64,000 bases of DNA from NCBI GenBank assembly GCA_045123075.1, contig JBGVIJ010000027.1, positions 11,857-75,856 of the forward strand, written 5' to 3'. The notes under the pieces are model-generated. The model had not been told where the DNA came from. It worked only from the letters and a program-made list of their open reading frames with translations, and ran no database searches. The position numbers and the translations under genes are program-made. The stretch comes from Phascolarctobacterium sp. (GTDB taxonomy: Bacteria; Bacillota; Negativicutes; Acidaminococcales; Acidaminococcaceae). Positions 17,268 to 27,339 of this stretch are shown piece by piece (the first letter of the stretch is position 1; each line of letters begins with the position of its first letter).

Positions 17268-17822
17268 ATGTTAGATTTATTTGCTAAATTTGATTTGAAT
17301 ATTTTATTATACGTACAAGAAAACTTCCGTACGGAAACGCTCACCTTTTGGATGCGTCACATCACAAATTTGGGAAGCGCCCTGCTTGCGATAATTGCAG
17401 TCTGGTTAATTATCCAAGGCAGCCGTAAGGAAAGATTGTTTGGCGTTATCACGGTTGTCTCCGTTTTAATTGAAGTGGCAATCGTCAATGGCTTCTTAAA
17501 GAACTTTATCGCTCGCCCACGCCCTTATGATGTTAGCGCTGAACTTCTGCCTGCTATCGAAGTCTTGTCAGATTACTCCTTCCCGTCTGGACACACCGCT
17601 CTTGCATTTGCTTTGGCATTTGTTTTTTACAGGTATTTGCCTAAAAAATATGGTGTGCCGGCAATCGTTATTGCAAGTTTGGTTGGTCTGTCCCGCGTTC
17701 ACTTAGGAGTTCATTATTTAAGCGATGTTATCGGCGGAATTTTATTTGCGTACATTTCCGTAAGAATTGCTGAATTCATAATTCAAAAGTATTATCCCCA
17801 AAGTTTAGAAAACGATATATAA
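17268..17822 (+). CDS. PAP2-family phosphatase (undecaprenyl-diphosphatase/BcrC-like)
   Basis: Motifs KNFIARPRP, SFPSGHT, SRVHLGVHYLSDV. Multi-pass membrane protein. Confidence 0.9.
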   Translation: MLDLFAKFDLNILLYVQENFRTETLTFWMRHITNLGSALLAIIAVWLIIQGSRKERLFGVITVVSVLIEVAIVNGFLKNFIARPRPYDVSAELLPAIEVLSDYSFPSGHTALAFALAFVFYRYLPKKYGVPAIVIASLVGLSRVHLGVHYLSDVIGGILFAYISVRIAEFIIQKYYPQSLENDI

Positions 17823-17954
17823 ACACACAAAAAGCGTATGGCAAAATCGCCATACGTTTTTCTTCTTGTTCGCTTGATAAATTCTTCGGATAGAGTTATA
17901 CTTTTATCGAACATATTTTTGTATTTATTTTCTTGTTTGTGAAAGTGTGATTTT

Positions 17955-19196
17955 GTGCGTACCATTCTCCACATAGATATGAATAATTTTTACGCTTCCG
18001 TGGAATGTCTTTACCGTCCGGAAATTAGGGATTTTCCCGTTGCAGTTGCAGGTGATCCTCTAAACCGCCATGGCATTATTTTGGCGAAGAACATGCTTGC
18101 CAAAAAGTTAGGCGTTAAAACTGGCGAAGCTATTTGGCAGGCTAAGCTTAAAGCTCCCAATCTTGTAACTGTTCCGCCGGATTTTCGCAAGTATTTAAAA
18201 TTCTCACGCCTTGCTCGTCAAATCCTTTACGATTATACGGACCAAATTGAACCCTTCGGTATTGACGAAAACTGGATTGATGTAACCGGTTCCAAGCTTT
18301 TATGCGGTGATGGTTCTGCCATTGCAAATTCCATTCGCCAACGGATCAAAGAAGAACTTGGGCTAACCGTAAGTATTGGCGTTAGCTTTAATAAGATTTT
18401 TGCCAAGCTTGGTTCTGATATGAAAAAGCCTGACGCAGTAACAGTTATCCCCCACGATAAATTTAAGGATATTATTTGGCGCTTGCCTGTTTCCGAACTG
18501 CTTTATGTTGGCAAAGCTACTCAGCGTAAACTTACTAGCAGAGGAATTATGACCATTGGTGATTTGGCTAATTACCCTGTAGATTTACTGGTTGATATGT
18601 TAGGTAAATGGGGCGAGGTGCTTTCCCTTTTCGCCAACGGTAAAGATACTGCACCTGTCCGCAAGCTAAACGAAGCTTCTGCTGTAAAAAGTATTGGCAA
18701 TGGTACTACCTGTCCTCGCGATTTAACTTGTAACCAAGATGTTGCTCTTGTATTTACTGTACTTAGCGAATCTGTGGCAGCCAGGCTTCGTGACTACGGT
18801 TTAAAATGTACTGGCGTACAAGTTTATTTACGTGATAACGAACTCCATTCCCTTACAAGGCAAAAGAAGCTTGCCAAACCTACTTATTTAAGCACGGATA
18901 TTTTACAAGCAGGTATGGAACTGCTGGTGCAAAATTACACTTGGCAAAAGCCATTGCGTTCCATTGGCATTCGTGCCATTGATCTTGTTACAGAAAATAG
19001 TTTCATGGAACTTTCCCTCTTTGATGACAACGACAAGCTTATTCAGCAAGAGAACCTTGCCCATACCATTGACGCTTTGCGTAGTCGTTTTGGTCATGAT
19101 GTTGTCTTAAAAGCTTCGTGCTTACTGGATACGAAACTTACAGGCTTCAACCCTAAAGAAGACCATACCATTCATCCTGTTTCTTATTTCCGTTAG
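17955..19196 (+). CDS. dinB: Y-family DNA polymerase IV
   Basis: ILHIDMNNFYASVE, SIGVSFNKIFAKLGSDMKKPD. GTG start. Confidence 0.92.
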   Translation: MRTILHIDMNNFYASVECLYRPEIRDFPVAVAGDPLNRHGIILAKNMLAKKLGVKTGEAIWQAKLKAPNLVTVPPDFRKYLKFSRLARQILYDYTDQIEPFGIDENWIDVTGSKLLCGDGSAIANSIRQRIKEELGLTVSIGVSFNKIFAKLGSDMKKPDAVTVIPHDKFKDIIWRLPVSELLYVGKATQRKLTSRGIMTIGDLANYPVDLLVDMLGKWGEVLSLFANGKDTAPVRKLNEASAVKSIGNGTTCPRDLTCNQDVALVFTVLSESVAARLRDYGLKCTGVQVYLRDNELHSLTRQKKLAKPTYLSTDILQAGMELLVQNYTWQKPLRSIGIRAIDLVTENSFMELSLFDDNDKLIQQENLAHTIDALRSRFGHDVVLKASCLLDTKLTGFNPKEDHTIHPVSYFR

Positions 19197-19207
19197 GAGT
19201 GATGTAA

Positions 19208-19438
19208 ATGCCACGCATAAAACTTGATATCGTAGTGCGCCACACTCCAGATGGCAAGGCAATTCCTAAAATAATCATCTGGGAGGATGGTCGCAGGTTT
19301 GCCATTGACAAGGTTCTTGATATCCGCAAGGCAGCAGCTTTAAAATGCGGAGGAGTTGGAACTCGCTACATTTGCAGAATTTGTAGCAAAGAGGTTGCTA
19401 TTTTCGACGAAGACGGCAACTGGTTTATGGAAAAGTAA
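19208..19438 (+). CDS. small conserved-looking protein downstream of dinB (76 aa)
   Basis: GGAG RBS 11 nt after the dinB stop. Contains CGG...CRIC cysteines. Confidence 0.65.
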   Translation: MPRIKLDIVVRHTPDGKAIPKIIIWEDGRRFAIDKVLDIRKAAALKCGGVGTRYICRICSKEVAIFDEDGNWFMEK

Positions 19439-19449
19439 TTAAAAACAAC

Positions 19450-19474
19450 AAAGGCTCCGCTTTCGCGGAGCCTT
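19450..19474. terminator. bidirectional terminator
   Basis: aaaggctccgc-tttc-gcggagcctt. Confidence 0.8.
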
Positions 19475-19492
19475 AACTTTTGTATAGCCTTT

Positions 19493-19777
19493 TTATCCTA
19501 AACCGTTACATCTTGCCAAGTCGTCATAAACAAGTACGGCAAGCTTTTCGATGAGCGCTTCATTACCCGCAAAAACTTGGGTAGCACCCAAAACTTCCTG
19601 CAAGCGTGTTTTGTTACTCATTATGCAACAGCAAGGCAACATTATTTCACTAATCAGGTACGCTGCACTTCTGAGCTGCATTTCATCGCCAAGCAAGCTA
19701 CCGTCCCGCACTTTTCCTGCGAATACGGCAAGCCTTCTATCGATGGCAAGCGCCAGTTGTTTTTCCAGTACGCCCAT
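19493..19777 (-). CDS. hypothetical protein (94 aa)
   Basis: The ATG lies 1 nt after the stop of the upstream gene, so translation is probably coupled. I recognise no domain. Confidence 0.55.
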   Translation of the reverse strand: MGVLEKQLALAIDRRLAVFAGKVRDGSLLGDEMQLRSAAYLISEIMLPCCCIMSNKTRLQEVLGATQVFAGNEALIEKLAVLVYDDLARCNGLG

Positions 19778-19778
19778 C

Positions 19779-20225
19779 TTAGCGCATGTTTTCGATAAAA
19801 TCTTCGAAGGTGTTGATTACAACATAGTGACCGATAACTTTAAGGTCACGAAGCACGGTACCATAGGATTCATACCAGTCATCAGCCAAAATCATTTTCA
19901 GACCATCTTTTTCATATTCATCCATCATTTTCAAGATGAATTTGTTTACTTCGCCGGTTTCTTTATTAACGTTCAAGGGAATGATGCGTTCTTCAGGTTG
20001 ATATTTTTCTACAACAACTTCCCAGCCACCGGGGATAGGCGGTAAGCGTTTAGCTTTAATGTAGTAACCTTCCGGAGAAAAGCCTACATAAGCATCCATT
20101 TTATTATACAATTTAGCTTTTTGCAGAGGGAAGCCATTAGCGTTACCCCATTTAACGATTTCATCGCAAACTTCATTTTTTTGAACTACGCTGGTAAAGG
20201 TAGTTTGAGCCAAAATTTCGGACAT
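19779..20225 (-). CDS. hypothetical protein (148 aa)
   Basis: AAGGAGGAA RBS and core-like composition. Confidence 0.75.
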   Translation of the reverse strand: MSEILAQTTFTSVVQKNEVCDEIVKWGNANGFPLQKAKLYNKMDAYVGFSPEGYYIKAKRLPPIPGGWEVVVEKYQPEERIIPLNVNKETGEVNKFILKMMDEYEKDGLKMILADDWYESYGTVLRDLKVIGHYVVINTFEDFIENMR

Positions 20226-20336
20226 TTTTCATTCCTCCTTAAAACCTTTCAATATATTCATTCTACTCTACCAATAAAATAAATTCAATGAAAAATACAA
20301 AAAGAAACGGCTCCTTTAACGAAGCCGTTATCTTTT

Positions 20337-20783
20337 TTAGATTTGACCTAAATATTTCAAGATTGCTTGAGCGATAATGGCACTGCCAATATAAGTACCA
20401 ATAAATACTACACAAGCAACTACTACGATACGCCAACCACTTTTAGCAAAATCATCTAAATCTTTACCAATTGCAACGCCTGCATAAGCAAGAAGCGGAG
20501 TGCACAAGGAAACGAAACCAACTTTTGCCACGTATGCGCTGATGATTGCACTACCGGGAACAGCAGGATAAGTGAGAATGCAGCCCAAGGTTACAACATA
20601 CGCAACAGAGGGAATGTTACCGGGCAAATATTTTGCCATCAAAATACCTGCCAAAGCGATACCGGTCAAAATTAACAGACCGGGAATAGATTCTAAAATA
20701 GTAGCTTTAGTACCAAGAATGTTGGAAACCAAGCTCATAAAGCAAACTACTAACAGTACATATAAAGTGTCTTTAATGCTCAT
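20337..20783 (-). CDS. small integral membrane protein, partner of the DUF3100 protein
   Basis: Four predicted TM helices. The start overlaps the upstream stop (TAATG). Confidence 0.8.
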   Translation of the reverse strand: MSIKDTLYVLLVVCFMSLVSNILGTKATILESIPGLLILTGIALAGILMAKYLPGNIPSVAYVVTLGCILTYPAVPGSAIISAYVAKVGFVSLCTPLLAYAGVAIGKDLDDFAKSGWRIVVVACVVFIGTYIGSAIIAQAILKYLGQI

Positions 20784-21577
20784 TATGCTTCCTCCTTCTT
20801 AGGTTCTTCGCCATATTTAATCTTGTAGCATTTTTTGTACAACCATTCAGCCATAGGCAGTGCCAGCCAGATGGACATATACAAACCGTCCAAACCGGAA
20901 AGCATATTACTTGCCGCACCAAAAGCTGCCAATTGTTCTGCCATTTCAGGGAACATTGCGCACAAGGAACCAACAGCTGCGGTCATCATACTTGCAGAGC
21001 CAACACCTGCTGCCATTGCCAAAGCGTAGGGATGGAAGGGCAAAGTGGAAGCTGCTACAGAAGCCATCAAACCAAAGAAGATGGTGCCAAAAACAGTACC
21101 TGCAATGTAAACGCCCATTACGCCACGACCTTCACTGCTGTCCAAGCCAAAACGTTCGCCAATAAGAGCAACGTTGGGTTCGCGAGCAACAGAGTGAGCA
21201 GCGCCAATAGCTTCACGTTTCAAACCAAGGAATACAGCAATGGGGATACCAATGAAGATAGTACCAAGGTTACCAAATTCTTGGAGTAACAGTGCCGGGG
21301 AAGCTGCAATAATTTTCGGCAAAGTAGGACCAACAAGAGTACCATAACGAGCCATCAAAAGCATCAAGGTCAAGCCCAAAAGGGAGCTTGCATCAAGCAT
21401 TTCCGCCTTGCCGGAAATCTTCAAGAATTTAGGTGTGGTCAAAACACCAAGCAACAGTGCAAAAAGCATGGGCAACAGTACGATAGTACCAACGCCTACT
21501 TTAAAGGAATGCACGCCAATCATTTCAGCAATGATGATAAGGCCTAATACGATGGCATGTAATTTAAAATTTTTCAT
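20783..21577 (-). CDS. DUF3100-type integral membrane protein
   Basis: Polytopic membrane protein directly downstream of an M20 amidohydrolase, which is the usual DUF3100 context. Confidence 0.8.
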   Translation of the reverse strand: MKNFKLHAIVLGLIIIAEMIGVHSFKVGVGTIVLLPMLFALLLGVLTTPKFLKISGKAEMLDASSLLGLTLMLLMARYGTLVGPTLPKIIAASPALLLQEFGNLGTIFIGIPIAVFLGLKREAIGAAHSVAREPNVALIGERFGLDSSEGRGVMGVYIAGTVFGTIFFGLMASVAASTLPFHPYALAMAAGVGSASMMTAAVGSLCAMFPEMAEQLAAFGAASNMLSGLDGLYMSIWLALPMAEWLYKKCYKIKYGEEPKKEEA

Positions 21578-21603
21578 CAATTAACCTCTCCTTCCCAGAT
21601 GTT

Positions 21604-22914
21604 TCAGTTGCTAAAATAGCTTTCAGCCTTCTTTATATATTCCTCTTTAGTGAGGATAGGCTCAAAATTATCAATGATTGCTTTTGCTTCCTGCGCATCG
21701 TCATAAAGCAAATCAATCAAAGTCATGGCAAAAGCTTTTGCCGGAAGCAGTACAGCCGCCTTAAAATCTACAGCTTTAAAATCTGCTGTATGCAAAAGAC
21801 CATTAGTACCACCAATAAAGGGATGAATTACCGGAATGATGTTGGAAACATCACCCATATCAGTAGACGCGCTAAAGTGACCAGCGTCTTTAATGGCGAT
21901 TCCAGGCCAAGCCAGCTTGGAGTTTTCCACGAAAAGTTCATTTAAGCGAGCGTTACAGCTTAAGGGCATCATACCGGGCAAAGTTTCAATGATAGTTTCT
22001 GCACCAATAGCATCGCCGCCAGCTTTAAGCGCCGCATCCACTTTTTTGTGAGTCTTTTCAATAGCCGCCATTGTTTTAGCACGCACATAAAGTTCCATGC
22101 GTACATCCGCAGGCACGGAATTTACAAAGTCCCCACCTTTGGTGATAATGGGATGCACACGCACTACGTCATCTTCGCGGAAGGTTTCACGCAAAGCGTT
22201 AATACCCATTAAGCCGAGCATAGCTGCATTAAGAGCGTTGATACCTTCGTCAGGAGCGTCTGCTGCGTGGGCAGTTTTGCCTACGTAACGAACGGTTTTA
22301 CCTAAAAAGCCATTACTGCTTTCGCCAACAGAAACTGTCGGTTCAGGCATATTTTTATCAGCATGCATTTGCATTGCCATATCAATATCGTCAAAAGCAC
22401 CTTCGTAAATAAGTTGTCCCTTACCGCTAAGGAAATGCAGCTTGCCTTGTTCGCGTAATTTTTTACGATAAGCAATTTCAATATATTCTTCCGCTGGTAC
22501 GGCAAAGAACACTGCGTCGCCAGCCAATTGTTCCATAACACCACTTTTCATAATGCCGCAAGCAGCACCAGCCATAGCAGCAATTTGCAAATTGTGCCCA
22601 CAAGCGTGAGCAGCACCTGTCATAGGATCTGCCTTACAGCTGTCAGGACAGCCAACTGCATCCAGTTCACCAATCACTGCAGCAGTGGGGCCAGGCTTAC
22701 AGCCTTTAGCACGAGCTTTTACACCGTTAAGGGCAAGACCTGTTTGCGGTTCCAATCCTAAATCACGGAAGAACTCCACAACCTTAGCAGAAGTTTTAAC
22801 TTCTTTAAACCCCAACTCCGGTTCATCAGCAATGCTATTGGCAAGAGCTTCTATTTCAGCGGCGCTATCATCGATGGCAGCACACACCTTTGCTTTCAAT
22901 AAATCTTTGTCCAC
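21604..22914 (-). CDS. M20-family amidohydrolase/peptidase (AbgB/hippurate-hydrolase-like)
   Basis: AHACGHNLQIAAMAG metal-binding block. 436 aa. GTG start 7 nt after AGGAGG. Confidence 0.88.
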   Translation of the reverse strand: MDKDLLKAKVCAAIDDSAAEIEALANSIADEPELGFKEVKTSAKVVEFFRDLGLEPQTGLALNGVKARAKGCKPGPTAAVIGELDAVGCPDSCKADPMTGAAHACGHNLQIAAMAGAACGIMKSGVMEQLAGDAVFFAVPAEEYIEIAYRKKLREQGKLHFLSGKGQLIYEGAFDDIDMAMQMHADKNMPEPTVSVGESSNGFLGKTVRYVGKTAHAADAPDEGINALNAAMLGLMGINALRETFREDDVVRVHPIITKGGDFVNSVPADVRMELYVRAKTMAAIEKTHKKVDAALKAGGDAIGAETIIETLPGMMPLSCNARLNELFVENSKLAWPGIAIKDAGHFSASTDMGDVSNIIPVIHPFIGGTNGLLHTADFKAVDFKAAVLLPAKAFAMTLIDLLYDDAQEAKAIIDNFEPILTKEEYIKKAESYFSN

Positions 22915-23126
22915 AATTACACCTCCTAGTCAAAAACCAATGTAACAGTTTCATTTTAAAAATTTTTCTTTCCGTAAATTATAGCATTCCCATCAATAAA
23001 TTACAAACTGCTCATATTTTTTTGCACGTCAAAGTTCCACCCTAAATTTGCTACAATATTTTTATTTTCACAATCATTGTGCTGTGCTAAAATATAGTTA
23101 TAATTTTTAAAGAAAGGAGCCTGTTC

Positions 23127-23822
23127 ATGTTTGCTCAGATAAAAGAAGATTTGAATGCTATTATGCTGCGTGACCCTGCCGCAAAATCTAGGCTGGAGGC
23201 AGCCCTGTGTTATCCGGGTTTGCATGCCATTTGGCTCCACCGCATTGCCCATCATTTTTATAAAAAAGGTTGGGTAGTATTTCCCCGTTTGGTTAACACT
23301 TTCTCCCGCTTTTTAACAGGCATCGATATTCATCCCGGTGCAAAGCTTGGCCCCGGTCTTTTCATTGACCACGGTATGGGTCTTGTTATTGGCGAAACTG
23401 CCGAACTTGGCAGCAACGTTACCTTGTACCAAGGCGTTACCCTTGGCGGTACCGGTAAAGAAACAGGTAAACGCCACCCTACCATCGGCAATAACGTAGT
23501 AGTTTCCAGTGGTGCAAAAATTTTAGGTTCTTTCAAAGTTGGCGACAACTCCAAGATTGGTAGTGGTAGTGTTGTACTCCACGAAGTTCCGCCTAATTCC
23601 GTAGTAGTTGGTATTCCCGGTCGTGTTGTTGCCCTTGACGGTGTACGCATTAAAGACAATGACCCTGAAAGTGCCATCGACCTTGACCACGATATACTGC
23701 CTGATCCGATTGCAGATTACGAAGAAAAACTGGCTAAGCACATGGAAGAAATTAACAAACGTTTGAAAGAACTGGAAAACTCCATTTACACAAATTGCTG
23801 TCAAGCTAAAGATAAAGACTGA
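23127..23822 (+). CDS. cysE: serine O-acetyltransferase
   Basis: DPAA...CYPG...RIAH, then hexapeptide repeats GIDIHPGAKLG..LFIDHGMGLVIGETA. Confidence 0.93.
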   Translation: MFAQIKEDLNAIMLRDPAAKSRLEAALCYPGLHAIWLHRIAHHFYKKGWVVFPRLVNTFSRFLTGIDIHPGAKLGPGLFIDHGMGLVIGETAELGSNVTLYQGVTLGGTGKETGKRHPTIGNNVVVSSGAKILGSFKVGDNSKIGSGSVVLHEVPPNSVVVGIPGRVVALDGVRIKDNDPESAIDLDHDILPDPIADYEEKLAKHMEEINKRLKELENSIYTNCCQAKDKD

Positions 23823-23837
23823 TAAGAGGTTAAAAAT

Positions 23838-25211
23838 ATGAGCAGAATTATGACCACAGCAGAAGCGATTAAAGAAGCTCGCCGCTGCTTAAACTGCACC
23901 AGACCTACCTGTCGTACAGGTTGCCCCATTGAAAACAATATCCCTGAATTCATCCGTGCTCTTGGCGAAGGCAATATTGGTTTAGCTTACGAAACTATTT
24001 CCGAGCGTAGCAATTTGCCTGCCATTTGCGGTAGAGTTTGCCCTCACGAACGCCAATGCGAAGCGCACTGCATTCTTAGCAAAAAACAATGCGGTATCGA
24101 AATTGGCAGCTTAGAAATGTTCATCGCAGATTTCGCTCATGAAAACGAACTAAAACCCATCCCGCCCTCCAGCGGTATGCGTGGTAAAGTTGCTGTAATC
24201 GGCAGTGGCCCTGCAGGCTTAACTGTTGCCGGCGATTTGGCAAAGATGGATTTTGACGTTACTATTTTTGAAGCGCAAAGCGAACCCGGTGGCGTACTGC
24301 TTTTTGGTATTCCGGACTTCCGCCTGCCTAAAGATGTTGTTCGCCGCGAAATCAAAGAACTCCTAAGCCTTGGCGTAAAAATTAAAACCCAAGTGCTAGC
24401 AGGCGTTGACTTTACTGTTGACGATTTGTTTGCAGAAGGTTTTGATGCCATCTTCATGGGCACAGGTACTTCCCTGCCCCGTACTTTGGACATCCCCGGC
24501 AAAGAACTTTCCGGTATTTTGACTGCAACTTACTTTCTGCGCACTGTAGTTTTGGCGGATGAAGGCAAGCTTGACGAAAGCGAAACCATTCTCCACACCG
24601 GTGATAATGTAGTAATTGTCGGTGCAGGCAATGTAGCAATGGACGCGGCCCGCACTGCCGTAAGACGTGGCGCGAAAAATGTTACCGTTGTTTACCACAA
24701 ATCCGAAGCAGAAGTTTCTGCTTTCCAAAACGAATACAACGCAGCTGTTCAAGAAGGTATTCAATTTAGCTTCTTGAAACAACCCATCGCATACTTTAAC
24801 AAAAAACAAATGCGTGCTCTGAACAATATTCGCCGCCAAGGTGAAAAGGTTGACGAAACCAGAGTTGCAGGTCTGCTGCTGCAAAACATTACCAAAACTC
24901 CCGAAGGCGAATTCGTTTCCGAAGGCGGTCAAGAAGTTATGCCCTGCGATTGCGTAATCTTGGCAGTTGGTCAAAAACCGGCTGCCCGCATCGTAAGCAC
25001 TACCAAAGGTATCCAAGTTGATAACCGCGGTTTTGTAATCACTCGCGAACGCCCCTATGGTATGACTACCCGCGCCGGCGTATTCAGCAGTGGTGATGTA
25101 GTGCATGGTCCCGCGACTGTAGTTCTCGCCATGAAAGAGTCCAAAAAAGTTGCAGCGGGTATCGCTCAATACATTGACGCTAAAAAATTAATCGAAGATT
25201 GCAGTTTCTAA
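23838..25211 (+). CDS. NADPH-dependent glutamate synthase small-chain-like FAD/NAD oxidoreductase (homotetrameric GltA/GltD type)
   Basis: N-terminal Cys clusters C..C...C...CP, and dinucleotide folds VAVIGSGPAG and VVIVGAGNVAMD. Confidence 0.9.
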   Translation: MSRIMTTAEAIKEARRCLNCTRPTCRTGCPIENNIPEFIRALGEGNIGLAYETISERSNLPAICGRVCPHERQCEAHCILSKKQCGIEIGSLEMFIADFAHENELKPIPPSSGMRGKVAVIGSGPAGLTVAGDLAKMDFDVTIFEAQSEPGGVLLFGIPDFRLPKDVVRREIKELLSLGVKIKTQVLAGVDFTVDDLFAEGFDAIFMGTGTSLPRTLDIPGKELSGILTATYFLRTVVLADEGKLDESETILHTGDNVVIVGAGNVAMDAARTAVRRGAKNVTVVYHKSEAEVSAFQNEYNAAVQEGIQFSFLKQPIAYFNKKQMRALNNIRRQGEKVDETRVAGLLLQNITKTPEGEFVSEGGQEVMPCDCVILAVGQKPAARIVSTTKGIQVDNRGFVITRERPYGMTTRAGVFSSGDVVHGPATVVLAMKESKKVAAGIAQYIDAKKLIEDCSF

Positions 25212-25243
25212 CTCCCTCAAAGAAGGAGACTATATAAAAAGTA

Positions 25244-25275
25244 AAATCCCCGTTCATTACGAACGGGGATTTTTT
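25244..25275. terminator. bidirectional terminator
   Basis: aaaatccccgttc-attac-gaacggggatttt. Confidence 0.85.
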
Positions 25276-25318
25276 ATGTGCATTTTACATTATATATCTA
25301 AAGGTTAGATTTTGAGGA

Positions 25319-26932
25319 TTATTCATCTTTTTTCTTGAGAGCAGTGTAAGCTTCTTTCAAGAGCAACAAGGTAAGTACCAAAAGAACTAAGTCAAAGCTA
25401 AATACTACCATGTTAGTTTTGGGGTTCAAGAGCATTTGTACCAATGCCACAATAGTAGTGGTCAGCATGAAGAACATGGGGTACATAATGAATTTTGCGC
25501 TCTTCTTGAGAGCACGGATAACCCAAACACCCAAAGCCATAAGACCGATAGCAGCAACCAATTGGTTAGAAGCACCAAAAATGGGCCAAATAAGAGTCCA
25601 AGCAGGAGCGTTGCCAGCTTTGTAGAAAATAAGCGCCAAAGCAAAACCTACAGAAATACCTGTTGCCAAATATTTGTTAAGGCTCATACCGGTAAACTCT
25701 TGCAATTGGTAACGTGCCAAACGGGTAGCAGTATCAAGAGAAGTTAAGATAAAGGAGTTCAAAGCCAAAAGGCCGATAGCAGTACCCAAACGCGGGGAAA
25801 TACCAATCAAGGAAGCAAATTGACCTAAGCCATGACCGTAAACAACGGTAGGACCACCTTTAAGCATTTCGCCACTCATCATGATGGTACCCAATGCGAT
25901 TACGCCAACAACGCCTTCCAGAAGCATTGCGCCATAACCTACGGGAACAGCATCAGTTTCGCGGGTCAATTGTTTGGAGGTAGTACCGGAAGCAACCAAG
26001 GAGTGGAAGCCGGAGATAGCACCGCAAGCAACGGTGATGAAGAGCAAGGGCCAGAGATAATCGCCATTTGCAGTTACAAAACCTTTGAATGCCGGTAATT
26101 TAACTTCGTAGTTTGCACCACCAAAAATCATACCAACGCCACCCAGGAATACGCTGAAGTACAGCATGTAGGATGCTAAGTAGTCACGAGGTTGGAGCAG
26201 TAACCAAACAGGAAGAATGGAAGCCGCGAAGATGTAACCAATGAGAAGTACACGCCAGAAAGCAACATCAGCTGCAAAAGTTGATTGTACCCAAGCACTG
26301 TCCATACCAAACACCAAGGAACCGAACAGAATCGGAAGCATAACGATGGTGCTTACTTTCAAAGAAACGCCAAAACGGTAAATTGCTACACCAAATACCA
26401 TTGCCATTACAATATACAAGGAAGCAGTAAAAGCAACAGCAGGATCAGCAGCGAAGGTTTGTGCTGCCAATTCCAAGAATACAGCAACAACCAAGGTCAA
26501 GCTCAACCAAGTGAACGCCAAGAACAATTTTTGACCACGTTCACCAATCCATTGACGAACTACTTCGCCGATGGACAAGCCTTTATGACGAATGGAAGCA
26601 ACCAAGGCGCCCATATCATGAACGCCGCCAAAGAAGATACAACCAACGATAATCCAGCAGAAGGTAGGCAACCAGCCCAAGAGAGCTGCAGCTGCGATAG
26701 GACCAACTACAGGGCCTGCACCTGCAATGGAAGCAAAGTGGTGACCCATAAGTACTGCGGGATGAGCGGGGCAGTAGTCAATATTATCTTGCAATTCTTT
26801 TGCAGGAGTAGTACGTTCAGGATCCAAACCGTAGTAACGGCTTTGGAATCCGCCATAGAATTTGTATGCCAAAGAGAAGCATACAATAGTGATTACGAAT
26901 AAGGTTAATAACACATTATTCCCTTCCTTCAA
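25319..26932 (-). CDS. cstA: carbon starvation protein A family transporter
   Basis: CstA signature GHHFASIAGAGPVVGP. Polytopic. Start is uncertain (TTG 26932 or GTG 26914). Confidence 0.92.
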   Translation of the reverse strand: MKEGNNVLLTLFVITIVCFSLAYKFYGGFQSRYYGLDPERTTPAKELQDNIDYCPAHPAVLMGHHFASIAGAGPVVGPIAAAALLGWLPTFCWIIVGCIFFGGVHDMGALVASIRHKGLSIGEVVRQWIGERGQKLFLAFTWLSLTLVVAVFLELAAQTFAADPAVAFTASLYIVMAMVFGVAIYRFGVSLKVSTIVMLPILFGSLVFGMDSAWVQSTFAADVAFWRVLLIGYIFAASILPVWLLLQPRDYLASYMLYFSVFLGGVGMIFGGANYEVKLPAFKGFVTANGDYLWPLLFITVACGAISGFHSLVASGTTSKQLTRETDAVPVGYGAMLLEGVVGVIALGTIMMSGEMLKGGPTVVYGHGLGQFASLIGISPRLGTAIGLLALNSFILTSLDTATRLARYQLQEFTGMSLNKYLATGISVGFALALIFYKAGNAPAWTLIWPIFGASNQLVAAIGLMALGVWVIRALKKSAKFIMYPMFFMLTTTIVALVQMLLNPKTNMVVFSFDLVLLVLTLLLLKEAYTALKKKDE

Positions 26933-27339
26933 ATATTTTCATTCTTATTGAGCAATGCACGTTGTTCAACAAGATAAATCAAATCCTCAAAACGTTTAAC
27001 CTTTTCTCCTCCTTTATAATGTAAAATTTCAAGCCAACCTTTAATGCCCCACCAGTAAGACTTAATCACCACATCAGAAAACTCACTATCCAGTAAAAGG
27101 AAGCGATGCTTCATTACATCTTCCTTAGATTGCCAGTTTTCTTTCAGCCAGTTTTCAGAAGTCCTACCACTGTGCTTTAAGATTATAAAATCATCTGCAC
27201 TATAACGGCCAATTTCCCCCGCCAAGCAGTCTTTGACGAAATCAGTGTGGCGATGCCAACCTTCCATCCCACCGCCTTGCCACGGAACAAAGCCGTAATC
27301 TTGCAGTAAATTTTCCCACTTATTCAAAGTAGCCTCCAA
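26929..27339 (-). CDS. hypothetical protein (about 130 aa), start uncertain
   Basis: Overlaps the cstA start by 4 nt. Only TTG starts lie near the GGAGG. I recognise no domain. Confidence 0.6.
   Translation of the reverse strand: MEATLNKWENLLQDYGFVPWQGGGMEGWHRHTDFVKDCLAGEIGRYSADDFIILKHSGRTSENWLKENWQSKEDVMKHRFLLLDSEFSDVVIKSYWWGIKGWLEILHYKGGEKVKRFEDLIYLVEQRALLNKNENI

Noticed and set aside
17862-17954. Possible LexA/DinR (Cheo) box upstream of dinB
   Set aside because: Only isolated half-sites are present: CGAACA at about 17917 and TGTTCG at about 17868, which are 44 nt apart. There is no CGAAC-N4-GTTCG dyad, so I cannot support an SOS box.
23001-23126. T-box or other leader upstream of cysE
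   Set aside because: The leader is too short (under about 100 nt) and lacks a specifier hairpin or T-box sequence. Only promoter-like hexamers are visible.
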